Virus record (IMG/VR): IMGVR_UViG_3300033072_000326
Coordinates: 1-64,000 of that record
DNA: 64,000 nucleotides
Strand: one strand, 5' to 3'
Origin: a virus
Lineage: Duplodnaviria; Caudoviricetes
The notes beneath the pieces were generated by a model. It made no database searches, was not told the DNA's origin, and saw only the letters and a program-made list of their open reading frames with translations. Both the position numbers and the translations under genes were made by a program. Of the stretch, positions 48,701-59,365 are shown piece after piece (the first letter of the stretch is position 1; every line of letters begins with the position of its first letter).

Positions 48701-49673
48701 CCAACTCTTTCAGATAGCTGTCCAAATCAAACATCTGTCCTTCCCATCTGCGCATCCACAAAAAGAAACACATCTCCTTCATACGCTCATAACCATCTTC
48801 AGGCCAAGCAAGTTGATATGCCTCTAGAACACGTTCAGCAGCTTCTTTCTCTGTTGTACAACCATCAAGAATAGTATCTGCTGTCTTGCCACCAACACCT
48901 TTTGTCTTGATGCTGTATTTGTCTTTTGTTTCTTGTGCAAGATGGACAATGCCGTCAATGTTATCACCACTATCCCCACAAAGAGTTTGCCACCAATATT
49001 TCTTCCAGCGTTGCTCGTCTGTCCAGACAAACACGCCATCTTCAGGCTTCATGTAATTATAAAACAAACCATAAGAGTTGGCAAACACATCTTTATCGCA
49101 CGCGCTTACAATGTTACCTGCCAGTGCAGCACGCACAACATAGTCATCCGTTTCTTCGCCATCTACAACAACACAACGATGTTTATACTTCACTTTCACC
49201 CAGTCGTAAAGTTCTTTGAATAGGATGGGTTTCTCTCCTCTTTGTGCCTTATATTGTACATACTTGGCTGGGCAGGTCTTACGGAAATTACCTTCACCTT
49301 GGATGCAAACGAAGTAATCTTTCGCACCAACAGCTTCAACAATACTTGCTACCTTTTGCTTAAAAGAGTAACAGGCGTTTGCTATTCGGCTGACAGGTTT
49401 TGTGTAAGTCTGGATATTACCTTCTTCGTCCTCTTCTTCCCAAGTCTCGTAGTCTGGTTTAAGCTCTTTTACGACAGTGAATTCAAAGTCTTCTTTGTTC
49501 CACTTGGTGTTTGCTTTTAGCCATGTGTTGAATTCTGTCTTGCTTTCAAACAGCTTCTCGCGACCTGTTGGAACATGTTTTGCAAGACATTTATTAACTT
49601 CCTCTTTCGCTGCACTTGAAAAAAGCAAAGTGTCAGCGTCGATCATTAAAAGTTTATCAGAGCAGTCTATCAT
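48684..49673 (-). CDS. 5'-3' exonuclease (T7 gp6-like)
   Basis: IDADTL, YKAQR, EETDD, DKD, GDSGDNIDG. Confidence 0.9.
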   Translation of the reverse strand: MIDCSDKLLMIDADTLLFSSAAKEEVNKCLAKHVPTGREKLFESKTEFNTWLKANTKWNKEDFEFTVVKELKPDYETWEEEDEEGNIQTYTKPVSRIANACYSFKQKVASIVEAVGAKDYFVCIQGEGNFRKTCPAKYVQYKAQRGEKPILFKELYDWVKVKYKHRCVVVDGEETDDYVVRAALAGNIVSACDKDVFANSYGLFYNYMKPEDGVFVWTDEQRWKKYWWQTLCGDSGDNIDGIVHLAQETKDKYSIKTKGVGGKTADTILDGCTTEKEAAERVLEAYQLAWPEDGYERMKEMCFFLWMRRWEGQMFDLDSYLKELGVEYD

Positions 49674-50358
49674 TTAGTTTCTCCTTGTGGTATTTATTCT
49701 CAGCAGATTTTCTGGCGCAAACAGCATCAAACCAGTCTGAAAAACGCCCTAAGTATCTATTCTTATACTCGTCACCTATCTGCGCTACCCACTTACCTTT
49801 GTAGAAAGTAATCCCTTTCACCCCGCTTGTGTTGTTACGACTTAAACCCCTATTCAACACAGATGTTGTATCTGTTACCCATCTACAATTGCTCTTGCAG
49901 TAACCTCTTGTGTTGTCAACTCTGTCTAGTTTTGCTGCTCTATCGGGCTTAACACCCATATCTTCAGTGAAGTTGCTAAAACCCTGTGAGAATGGTAACA
50001 ACCACCGCTCATCTTCGACTCTTATTTCAGAACCTCCATATTGCTGGTAAGAGTCATGATTTTCTTCGTAGCACCGCTGAATCATCATACTCCAAGTATT
50101 ATAGTTGGGATGTTCCCTATCACACCCAACACGAAGATTTGCAAATAAACGACTTTCCCTGTCATGGTATTGTGTACAACCGCAAGACACCACTGTCTCT
50201 GCATATAGGCTTGGAGAATGCAGCAGTTTTATGTTACCACAATCACATTGACACAAGTACATTCTCACCTTTGCTTTTCCAGACGCAGATGTTGCCATTT
50301 TATCTTTAGATAGTACAACCAACTTTCCAACTCGTTTACCCAGTAACGAGTTCCCCAT
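49657..50358 (-). CDS. Free-standing HNH homing endonuclease with AP2-like domain
   Basis: CQCDCG, SCGC, LDRVDNTRGYCKSNCRW, NNTSGVKG, YLGRF. Confidence 0.85.
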   Translation of the reverse strand: MGNSLLGKRVGKLVVLSKDKMATSASGKAKVRMYLCQCDCGNIKLLHSPSLYAETVVSCGCTQYHDRESRLFANLRVGCDREHPNYNTWSMMIQRCYEENHDSYQQYGGSEIRVEDERWLLPFSQGFSNFTEDMGVKPDRAAKLDRVDNTRGYCKSNCRWVTDTTSVLNRGLSRNNTSGVKGITFYKGKWVAQIGDEYKNRYLGRFSDWFDAVCARKSAENKYHKEKLNDRLL

Positions 50359-50424
50359 ACTAACCTCCTTGCAAAGAAAAAACCCTTGCCACAAGGACAA
50401 GGGCTTCTTAGTTGTCACATCAGC

Positions 50425-51072
50425 TTAAAACGGTGTATCTTCCATGTCATCTTCTTGAGCAGCTTGTCGAGCTTCATTACGACTACGTTTTGCTTCACCT
50501 TCCTCGTTTGCTTTCTTACGATCAGCAATCACGGCAGGGTTGGTTGGAGCAACACCGGCAGAAGGGACGCCAAACACATTGTTGTTCTGACTAGCAGGAA
50601 CATATTCAATGAAGTGCTCGACCAAGATCGAGTGCAGGTATGGGTGAGCACCGTTCTTGCCTTCTGTGGCTTTATAAGCCAGTTTACCTTTACTGCCATT
50701 TGCTACCAGCTTTGCAGTGGTAATGTCAAGGCTAGTGCCATCTTCTTGCATCAGCATCACTTTAGGACGGAACTTAGTGTTTACAACACCGTTCTTCTCA
50801 GCTGGTTGTTTGAAGGTCAGAACAAACTGATTCTTCTGGTCTGGGCAAGGAGCGTCAATCTTATACTTGTCTTTGAAATCGACAGTTTTGATCTTCTTAA
50901 CGCTTAGTTTCTGGAACTTGTCGCACAGATCATCAGCGGTGTCCTCGTCAACAATAACGGAGGTGGTGTATTCAGTACCGTCTTTGTTGAAGTTAGGGGA
51001 CGGTTCTGCCATCTTCACAAATACGAAAGTGACGTTGTTCAGAACTTCGATGGTTGCTTTTGCGTTTGCCAT
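50425..51072 (-). CDS. Single-stranded DNA-binding protein (T7 gp2.5-like)
   Basis: OB-like core, VANGSKG, acidic tail ending in Phe (DDMEDTPF). Confidence 0.75.
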   Translation of the reverse strand: MANAKATIEVLNNVTFVFVKMAEPSPNFNKDGTEYTTSVIVDEDTADDLCDKFQKLSVKKIKTVDFKDKYKIDAPCPDQKNQFVLTFKQPAEKNGVVNTKFRPKVMLMQEDGTSLDITTAKLVANGSKGKLAYKATEGKNGAHPYLHSILVEHFIEYVPASQNNNVFGVPSAGVAPTNPAVIADRKKANEEGEAKRSRNEARQAAQEDDMEDTPF

Positions 51073-51185
51073 TTGTTTTATTTCCTTTTGGTTAGATTTT
51101 CAATGAGGAGACCATCTCCCCGCTGAGAGGTGTAGACATTTCTGTCTACATAATACACGTCCTGTTCATTCAGTGTATGGTGAGC

Positions 51186-51214
51186 ATTATAACACAAATC
51201 GTCTTACATGTCAA
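51186..51214 (-). promoter_or_regulatory. Consensus sigma70 promoter
   Basis: TTGACA-17 nt-TATAAT. Confidence 0.85.
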
Positions 51215-51831
51215 GCATTATCGTCATCTTTACTCTCCTTCTGTTTAATTTGATTGGAAATGAAATTCTCCACTTCCGTCTCATCTCCGTATGTTAAAAC
51301 AAATTGCGTGTGTTCATCAAGCTCTGTTTCATCCAAAGCTGCCTCAAAATCTGTATACCATTTCTCAACAATGCCGATTTGTCTACGCAACATCGAGCTG
51401 TTATATCCACTATACCCAGATTCGTAACAGAAGTCAAGCAACTTACAAGCATTAATTCGGAACAACAACGTAAGGACAGTGGGGACATCAATCAATGTTC
51501 CAACAGGAAACCCTTTACACACTTTCCTGTAGTTGAAAGGGAGGAGGACATTGATTGTAGCTCTATCTGTTCTATGTGTATTGTTCTTTTTAACAATAGC
51601 TTCCGTACACGCCATCACTATAGCATTCCAGTCTTTACGTGTCAATGGCTTTGTTTGACTTTCAATCCACCGAGAAAGCCTCCCAGCTCCACGAACATCT
51701 GTAGCAGCTAGAACAAGCTCTCTTGGTGTTTTACAGCCTTCACGCCAGCTTGTATCTGTGAAGCTGTCGATGATTCGTTGATCGCGTGGTGTTATTTTGA
51801 GAGGGCGTATGCGTCGTTTAGCCTTTGCCAT
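51211..51831 (-). CDS. Hypothetical protein
   Basis: About 206-aa ORF; not recognised. Confidence 0.6.
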   Translation of the reverse strand: MAKAKRRIRPLKITPRDQRIIDSFTDTSWREGCKTPRELVLAATDVRGAGRLSRWIESQTKPLTRKDWNAIVMACTEAIVKKNNTHRTDRATINVLLPFNYRKVCKGFPVGTLIDVPTVLTLLFRINACKLLDFCYESGYSGYNSSMLRRQIGIVEKWYTDFEAALDETELDEHTQFVLTYGDETEVENFISNQIKQKESKDDDNA

Positions 51832-52450
51832 ACCATTCCTCATACGAGTAACGTTTCTTTAATGCCTCCACAACACGAGGGTCTGTTTCGAGTTCAGCAA
51901 CAAGTTGAGCATACTCGTGCTTGCGCTTACGCCAAGCTTCGTGTGCTTCTTCTGGCGTATCGAAATAGGCTATGTAAGTAGGCTTCATACCAAACGGGTG
52001 ACGGCAGCCTGCCTTGAACCTACCACTGTTTTTATCTCTACTTACTCCCAGAGGCCACTCACCCCTTGACGCATCAGATGCCGTTAGGAATGTGTTTGTT
52101 ATAGGATTAACAAACACACAAAAGTCTGGGGCATACATCTTATTGGCTGGGAAGAGAATATCCTTGTCTAAATGCTTCCCTTCCCACTCCTGTTGTTCCA
52201 TCCAACGTTTGAAGTTGGACAAATATTTCCATTCATCACAACATGTCACATCTTTGTAGGTAGGAAACCGTTCTTTAAGTGTACGAGAAAAAGAACGTTG
52301 AATAATGCCAGTCCATGCAGAGTAGTATGGACAAGTCCATATAACCTTTCTCCTTCGTACCCCTCCGTTATCTGTGACATACGCAGTGTGCCTTGTCAGG
52401 TACTCCACGTCATCGTAAGCAACATCAAACAATTTTTTAGTTTGTCTCAT
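51818..52450 (-). CDS. Free-standing HNH-type endonuclease
   Basis: YKDVTCCDEWKYLSNFKRW...LDKDIL...CVFV, GVS, YFDTPEEAHEA. Confidence 0.8.
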   Translation of the reverse strand: MRQTKKLFDVAYDDVEYLTRHTAYVTDNGGVRRRKVIWTCPYYSAWTGIIQRSFSRTLKERFPTYKDVTCCDEWKYLSNFKRWMEQQEWEGKHLDKDILFPANKMYAPDFCVFVNPITNTFLTASDASRGEWPLGVSRDKNSGRFKAGCRHPFGMKPTYIAYFDTPEEAHEAWRKRKHEYAQLVAELETDPRVVEALKKRYSYEEWYGKG

Positions 52451-52462
52451 AAAATACTCCCC

Positions 52463-54871
52463 TCAATGGCAGCTTGCCCAATCCAAACCTAGCTGTGGGT
52501 CAATACCCAATTGTACATTCAGTTTGTAAGCTTTGGAAGTGAGTGCTACGCTTTCACGGCAAATAGCAAAAACCTCACTGTAAGCTGCAAACCAACCTTT
52601 TTCTGTATGCAACACCAACCACTCATCTTGTTGCTGACTTATCCATTCTTTGCAAGATGCTTCATCTTCAAAGCGTTTGTATGTTAGCAGTTTATGCTTC
52701 ATTTCAAACTGAGCTTCGTCATGGTATGCTATCATTTGCTGAATATAAGGTTTATTCTTCCAATCTTCAGTCCAGAAGTTGACAGAAATGTCCCGTTCAC
52801 GGAAAGCAATGTCCTGATAAACCATACTACGCTTGGCACAAATAACACCCGCACTTTGGAACAATGCATTCACCAGCGAGTGTTTGGAACGAGTCATAAT
52901 CTTACGCCCGTCCAAACCTAAGATGAATTTCTTACCCCCACGAGTTTCCCAATAACGTGTCAAGGCTTCTTTCAAAGCAGCGAGAGGTGCAGCAGCATCC
53001 CAATATGCAGTGAAGATACGTTCACCTAGCACAACTGAACAACCAACCGTCTTAGCCACCTTCGGCGCTTGTGCACCATATGCACATGCGTATTTTACCG
53101 ATTTTGCGTTGCCACGACTGAAAGCTTGCCCAATCATCTCAGAAATCTTCTCCGAGGTTTTGGTGTGTACATCATTCGGTTTCTCTTGAATAAGGGAGTT
53201 GCAATACTCCTTGCCTTCAGATTCATCATAACGCCAGCAATAGTGACTCTCAATCATAGCCTCCAGAGAAGCAAAGTCAAATGCAAATTGCACATATTCC
53301 TTGCCATCACCAACACCAAACAACTTACGAATTGGCTCACCGTACAAACTAGTTACTCGTGCAATATTGCAAATGAGTTTGTGTTTCATTCGCCCTGTTG
53401 CAGCACCATTAGTGTCTGCCGGTGTAGGAACCCGCCCGTCTCGACGCATGTTAGGCAGGAAACCAGTTTCTGCTTCTTCCTCGTCTTCAACATCAAACCC
53501 ACCGCCAAGAATACTATTCCGTCGGTGACTGTATGTCAGATACTCAACAATGTTCTGCACATACGGAAAACTGCCATTCAACTTCTCAAGTTCAGGGTCG
53601 ATCTGCTTCTCTTGACCTACAGTGAATGTCGGGTTGGTTAGCACTTTCAACGGCTTACTCAAATCATGCTTTAGCAGCTTGTCTCTCAAAGTGGTGCGTG
53701 TTGCATTGACACGTTCCAAACGAATATCACAGAAAGGGGATGACAATGTTTGTTCCACATACCGATCAACAGTCTCTGCAAACTTCTCCTTGGACAACTT
53801 CTTTTTCTTGCTATCTAGTGTAAGGTCTTTTTCCTTGGTGTTAGAAGGATTCCAACCTTGTTCTACCAGAAAGCCTTTGATGAATGTGCTATCCGAAATA
53901 GAAGCTGGCTCGTGTGTTTTGACAGGCTCTGTGATAGGAAGTTTCCAATCTTTGCCATATAAACCAATAGCCCACCAACCATCTTCCCGTTGTTCAAGAG
54001 TTGCACCATGCTTTTCTGCCCACTTACCAATGTTGGCACTTGTTTCTCCGTTCTTTTTGAATTGAATGGAAGGTGGTGTAAACTCCTTCAGCTTGGTTTT
54101 GCCCATAGGTTTAGGTGGTAGATGTGGCTCCACGATAGCACGATGATGCGCCATCAAACCATCAAGTTCTTCTACGTTCTTAATTGCCAACTCTTTATCA
54201 AACCAAAAACCTCGATGTGACTGACGGGCAATTACCCAAGCAACGTATTGCTCCAACTCAAATGCCCCACTCCAATCCCAATCTCCCCATTCTTTCATGA
54301 GGTAGTTGTAGGCACGAATATTCACCGTCACATCTCGACGGTTGTACACCAACATCTCTGGATGATAGACAGCAAACTCTGCACCTTTAGGAGCATTCCA
54401 CTCAATCAAACCAAGTTCAACAGCCTTAGCACGCCAATCAATTTTCTCTTCACCCAAGATAGAGCCGAAGTATTCAATACTGTGTGCAGGGCGATCAGGC
54501 CACAATACTTTGCTCAGAACGAATGTGTCACAGATGGTGACAGGCTTACCGTCCCATGTGGAAGGCTTATCTTCAAAACCAAGCGTATATTCCATCCCAA
54601 GAACAGCCTGCAACACCATCAAGTCGAAGTTGATTTGGTTGTGTGCAACAATTGTAGATACGTTCTCTTTTACCCAAGGACGGAACTTGGTGTAGCACTC
54701 TTCCTGCACCCACTCAAATACTTCCTTGGTGTCTAGGTCTATTGCCACAATACAGTGAATCTTGTAGCCATCTCGCATCTTCCAAGGAGACGCTGTGTAG
54801 TCAACAGTGCTGTCATCTAGAAGCCCTGTCGTCTCAATATCGAAGCAATATCTGCCCTTGCTTTGTTCCAT
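52463..54871 (-). CDS. DNA polymerase, family A, with 3'-5' exonuclease
   Basis: FDIET, AHNQINFD, TGRMKH, DFASLE, KSVKYACAYG (Tyr at the 762-equivalent position, T7-like), YHDE. Confidence 0.95.
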   Translation of the reverse strand: MEQSKGRYCFDIETTGLLDDSTVDYTASPWKMRDGYKIHCIVAIDLDTKEVFEWVQEECYTKFRPWVKENVSTIVAHNQINFDLMVLQAVLGMEYTLGFEDKPSTWDGKPVTICDTFVLSKVLWPDRPAHSIEYFGSILGEEKIDWRAKAVELGLIEWNAPKGAEFAVYHPEMLVYNRRDVTVNIRAYNYLMKEWGDWDWSGAFELEQYVAWVIARQSHRGFWFDKELAIKNVEELDGLMAHHRAIVEPHLPPKPMGKTKLKEFTPPSIQFKKNGETSANIGKWAEKHGATLEQREDGWWAIGLYGKDWKLPITEPVKTHEPASISDSTFIKGFLVEQGWNPSNTKEKDLTLDSKKKKLSKEKFAETVDRYVEQTLSSPFCDIRLERVNATRTTLRDKLLKHDLSKPLKVLTNPTFTVGQEKQIDPELEKLNGSFPYVQNIVEYLTYSHRRNSILGGGFDVEDEEEAETGFLPNMRRDGRVPTPADTNGAATGRMKHKLICNIARVTSLYGEPIRKLFGVGDGKEYVQFAFDFASLEAMIESHYCWRYDESEGKEYCNSLIQEKPNDVHTKTSEKISEMIGQAFSRGNAKSVKYACAYGAQAPKVAKTVGCSVVLGERIFTAYWDAAAPLAALKEALTRYWETRGGKKFILGLDGRKIMTRSKHSLVNALFQSAGVICAKRSMVYQDIAFRERDISVNFWTEDWKNKPYIQQMIAYHDEAQFEMKHKLLTYKRFEDEASCKEWISQQQDEWLVLHTEKGWFAAYSEVFAICRESVALTSKAYKLNVQLGIDPQLGLDWASCH

Positions 54872-54973
54872 ATCTTCTCCTTTGTACATAAACACTTACA
54901 ACAAAAGAGCAATCACGGGTTGCGATTGCCCTTTTCCAATAACCATTCACGTTATCACAGAAACGTCTATTTG

Positions 54974-57900
54974 TCAACCACCTTTACGGTATTTCTCCGT
55001 GACTTCGGCCACACTCTTCTTCAACTCAGACATGTTCCGCTTGTGTGCATGATAGCGACGTTCACTGTCTTTCTCTGCCTCTTCTTTTGTAGCAAACAAG
55101 AAACGCTCTTCAATTGTGTCAAAATAATTGTCAATGTGCGTAAACACTTTAACAACGTAATGCACATGCTCAGAAACGTCATTGTCAAAGAATGGTGTTA
55201 CGACAACAACGTCATAGGCTTCTTGGGGTTTGCTAGGCCACAGCTTCATAGCACCGGCTGTACGCCACATTCTATCACCTGCTTTATATTTTGGATTCAT
55301 TCTTCATCTCCAATAATACCAGATGGCAAAAGTTCTTCCGTGAATGCCAACAGGGCTGGCTCCTCTTCTTCAAACACAGCAATCGACTCTGGCAGCATCA
55401 TACCTGTGTAACGTACACCACTGCTGTCATGAGGATGCTCATTTTCTTTCTTCCCAAAAATATCTTCCCAACCTTTAGCATATTTCTCTTGACCAGAAAC
55501 TTTTGTCTTAATCAAATCCCCTGTGCTGTCATTAATAGCTGTTGTAAATCGTTCGTGTTTAGACATTTTGTTTCTCCTTGTAATAATCAGCAATAGCAAT
55601 GATGCCATTCTCAAGATGATAGTCACGTTCATCTTCTTCAAGAAAACAATAACCCTCTGTGTGAGAAACAAGTACCAACTCTCCATCTCTTGCGTAAGCC
55701 TTAAAAACCTTACTGCCTACCCTGAAGTGTCCGACATACTCCCCAGTCAAGTTACGTACTTCATGAACTTCTGGACAAAAACTTTGTAATTTTAAAATAT
55801 AGTCGCCAATTCTCATCTTGTCCATTATACAAAAGTCCTACCAAGAAATTTATTTACAAACCATTTCTGACAGATTTCTTCCACTGTTTCAGTCCAATCC
55901 ACAACACGTTGAAACACAACATCATCTTGCCATGTGATTGTCAAGACATTGTGGTAGTCGTCGCCCCATTTGTTCGAATATAGAACATCCTCCTCGTACA
56001 CAATTACAAAACCGAGGGCTTTTAGCACATCAGTGCTAGATAGTTCAATTTGCATTTCACTTCTCCTTAAAAGGTAGGCCACCAAAACTGCCAATGGCAA
56101 TCTCTTGCTTTTCCTTACAAGCATCTTGTTGCACAGTCCACCAGTCCCAGCTTATGTCCCAACTAGCTTTCCCAGCAGCCTGTGCTGCCTCTTGTGAGTC
56201 AAACACATATCTCACTGTCTTCTTGAGGACAAACTTCTCATCACCCTCTACCACCTCTCCTCGTGACGTAAGACGGTTTGCCTCTTTCAAGTATACTCGT
56301 TTACCTTTTACATCTGTCACTAGCCAAGGGTGTTTGTTACAAATAGAGCCTATACTGTTTGCTTCAAGTAACACCCACTTACCAATCAAGCTCTCATCCA
56401 TTTTATCCCTTTCTGTTGTTGGAGCAGCCATAAAGGCTGCGACAGCACATTCGCGTAAGCGTTGTGCTACTCCTTTGTTTTTACAATATGCAGGTGACAA
56501 TAAGCTAGGCTTCGCTCTGCCTCCATTCCTTTGTGCATTATTACATATTCTGGAAGAGCTTTGCAAACAAATTTTGCTACACGTTCATAAGGACACTCAT
56601 CTTTTGTTATGTGCGCTTTAATCGTTTGTGGTGTGTCAATAACACGCTCCACAGGTTCATCAACACTTGGGTTGTCGAATGTGACAATGGACAACTTGTA
56701 ATGCACCTCACCTACTGTCCTCTTCACAAATTCCAGCTTAAATATCAACCCTCCCAAATGCATTGCAAGAAAATTGTTCCCATCTCCAATCGAAGGGAGG
56801 AGATAGCGTAGAAGCTTTTCTGGTTGGCTAGAAATCATTTCATTCCTTTCTATCGAGTTTCAACAGCTTCGTCAGCAAGCTTCTTCAACAGCTTATCTGC
56901 TATGTTACGATTTGCTTCGCAGTCGAACATCTGCCAACGCAAAGCAGAAAGCTCAAGACGAGCATTTTCCATTCTCAAATCAAACAATTGCTGCTCATAT
57001 TGTTTGTTGATTTCAATAGCCCCTTCAAGCTGCTCTTTCAGGCGTTTGTTTTCATTGTCAGCAAAAGGATGACGCTCTTCAACACGTTCCAAATAAACTA
57101 GAATTGCTTCACGCAGAGCAGGCTTCACTGTGTTAAACAGTAATGCACTCTTCTCTGGACAATTATCAAGAAAAGCCCAACCTGCGTCGTTCAATGCATT
57201 GCCCCATTCTTGGGCATCTTTTGCGTAGTTCATTTCTATTCCTTTCAGTGTGGTTGGATGTTTGCTAGCAATGTAACGACAGTGTAATTGCCCTCTTTCA
57301 AGAAGTCAAGAGCTGCTTGTCGTGATGTTGCAATTTCTTCTTCGTCGGGACACCCTTGGGTGGACATACCGTCGTTCATTTTGATGGCTCCACCATCTTT
57401 CAATTTCCCATGCCATGTAATTTTAGAGGGAATCATTTGTTTGGCTCCTGTGGCAGTGGCATCCAGTGGGTTGCGTCATAAAAATGTGTCACAGGGCCGC
57501 CGCCAACTATCACATCAAACCACTCTGCACCCTCTTCATTTTCACGATAGAACCTAGCCTCCCTAGCGCCGCGCCTCTCTGAAAATATTATAATTCGCGT
57601 GCCATCCTTCGGTGCTGTCTTAATCGGCTGCCACGACAACTTGTTGTCCTCCTGCGCTGCAATGGCTGCTTGCCATGAGTCCCAGTCACTTTGAACGTTG
57701 TTCAGCGCATAGCGGTTGTCTTTTTCACTGTACACAAGGTACATTGGGTCAGTACGACCAGAATCTAGTTGCCAAGTCTCAAACATCTCTCGTTGAGTGT
57801 TCATTATTCATCTCCTTCTTTAATATTAAAAACACGCATTAATGCTTCTTGAATGCTGTTGAATACATTATACATCAATTCTGTAAATTGTGTCAGCATC

Positions 57901-58022
57901 TTGTTGTCCTTCTTGTTTGTTGATGTACGTATCATAGCCCATTTGAGCGAGCTTGTCAAGACATTTCTACCTTGAAGTTGTACAGCGCGTTGTAAGCAAC
58001 ATCTGTCAGCTTGTGCTTCCAC
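54974..58022 (-). CDS. Cluster of small early proteins incl. DUF551-like (57433-57804)
   Basis: ORFs 54974-55300, 55297-~55566, 55559-55825, 55825-~56054, 56057-~56401, 56467-56838, 56850-57233, 57245-57436, 57433-57804 (WQPIKTAPKDG...HWMPLP), 57804-~57900. Confidence 0.6.
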
Positions 58023-59242
58023 CGTTCAGCCAACACCTTGGCATGAGCTTCTTTGCATTGTTTGTACGCCTCAAAAGCTTGCTCCGGTGTTGGATAGAAA
58101 CCGAGGTATTTACGCTCACCGTCCACATTACACCTTGCTATATAACCTACAGTCTCGTTTGGTGTTTTCGGTGTAATCTCGTGAACACCCTTCGGATACT
58201 TTCCGCTCCGTTTATCTACAAGAAACACGTTAATCTCCGCAGGTAAGAAACAACACGTCGATTCGCTGTACACATCATTACCTTTCACCAGAAGGTCTTT
58301 ATCAAGCTCAAAACCCTCTTCATCCCAGTTCGGTTGACTCAACGCCCACTCTGCAAAATTCTGGAAGTTGTGCCAGTGCTCATGAACATACTTATCTGCA
58401 TAGCTTCTACCTGTACTCTTCCGGAGTTCAAATTCGTTGTAACACCGACTAAACATCCGCACCCAATACCCATACACTTTTTCGGGAGCCACCTCACCTT
58501 TTGCATACGAGTTAGGAACAAAACGGCCTATCCCAAAGTAACCAATGCCCTCTACACTAGGTTGCATTGGGGGCTTTACAGAACCACACAGTAAGTTAGA
58601 GGCACTGTGCCAACTCTCACTACCATCTTGCCAACGTACAAGTACATTGTGTGCGTCCTTATACTCAATAGCCACACCCTTCCAGCCACTGTTTGTTACA
58701 TACTCTTTTCCGAGTCGTATTTTTCTTGTTGGGTGTGCAACATTCCCCAAACCAAGGCTGCTTACAGTGGTGATAACCTCTGTGCCATCGTCAAAAGCAA
58801 CACGAACATTTGTTGCGTTTTTGAACTCCTTAACAACAACGTCTCCGTGATTGTTTGTCTTAAAAACTTGCCCAACTTTCGGTACATTCTTGGTTGGATG
58901 ACGATTGTGTCCTTCTTTCAGTGCTGGAAGAGTTCTGTATGTCTCTGTGCCATCACTCAACCATTTCACCTTGATTCTTGAGGTGGACTCTATCTCCACA
59001 ATCTCAACAACGTCCCCATCGTGGCAAGAAAACTGCTGTCCGATAAAGGGCTTATCTAATGTTGGGTGCATCGGAAGACCCTTCTTGATATAGGCTCCGG
59101 TTGTTACCTTACGAGCGCCGTCCGTCTTGAACTCTACAGTGATGTCTTTCCGACCACGGTACTCCACAACCTCTACGTCCAATCCTTGTTTGTTGACGTA
59201 CTTATATCCTACGTAGAATGTAGGTGTTTTAGTTCCACTCAT
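57956..59242 (-). CDS. Free-standing HNH-type endonuclease with four N-terminal tandem repeats
   Basis: Four ~50-aa repeats ending G..(H/P)P; then WVRMFSRCY...WHNFQNFAEW...LDKDLL...CCFLP, YLGFYPTPEQA. Confidence 0.82.
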   Translation of the reverse strand: MSGTKTPTFYVGYKYVNKQGLDVEVVEYRGRKDITVEFKTDGARKVTTGAYIKKGLPMHPTLDKPFIGQQFSCHDGDVVEIVEIESTSRIKVKWLSDGTETYRTLPALKEGHNRHPTKNVPKVGQVFKTNNHGDVVVKEFKNATNVRVAFDDGTEVITTVSSLGLGNVAHPTRKIRLGKEYVTNSGWKGVAIEYKDAHNVLVRWQDGSESWHSASNLLCGSVKPPMQPSVEGIGYFGIGRFVPNSYAKGEVAPEKVYGYWVRMFSRCYNEFELRKSTGRSYADKYVHEHWHNFQNFAEWALSQPNWDEEGFELDKDLLVKGNDVYSESTCCFLPAEINVFLVDKRSGKYPKGVHEITPKTPNETVGYIARCNVDGERKYLGFYPTPEQAFEAYKQCKEAHAKVLAERWKHKLTDVAYNALYNFKVEMS

Positions 59243-59266
59243 ATCTTCCTCCATTAGTAATATTCT

Positions 59267-59295
59267 ATTTTACCACATAAATACGTATTTGTCAA
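59267..59295 (-). promoter_or_regulatory. sigma70 promoter dedicated to the HEG
   Basis: TTGACA-17 nt-TAAAAT. Confidence 0.8.
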
Positions 59296-59333
59296 TATAC
59301 TCAGGACATATTTTCGTAATCCGCGATAGCCAT

Positions 59334-59359
59334 AAAAAGAAGCCAGCACAAAGGCTGGC
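59334..59359 (-). terminator. Terminator after primase-helicase
   Basis: GCCAGC-6 nt-GCTGGC followed by TTCTTTTT on the minus strand. Confidence 0.75.
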
Positions 59360-59365
59360 ATTCTC

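Noticed and set aside
52463-54871. Intein or intron in DNA polymerase, primase-helicase or nrdAB
   Set aside because: All are single continuous ORFs with no C/S...HN intein ends or group I motifs.
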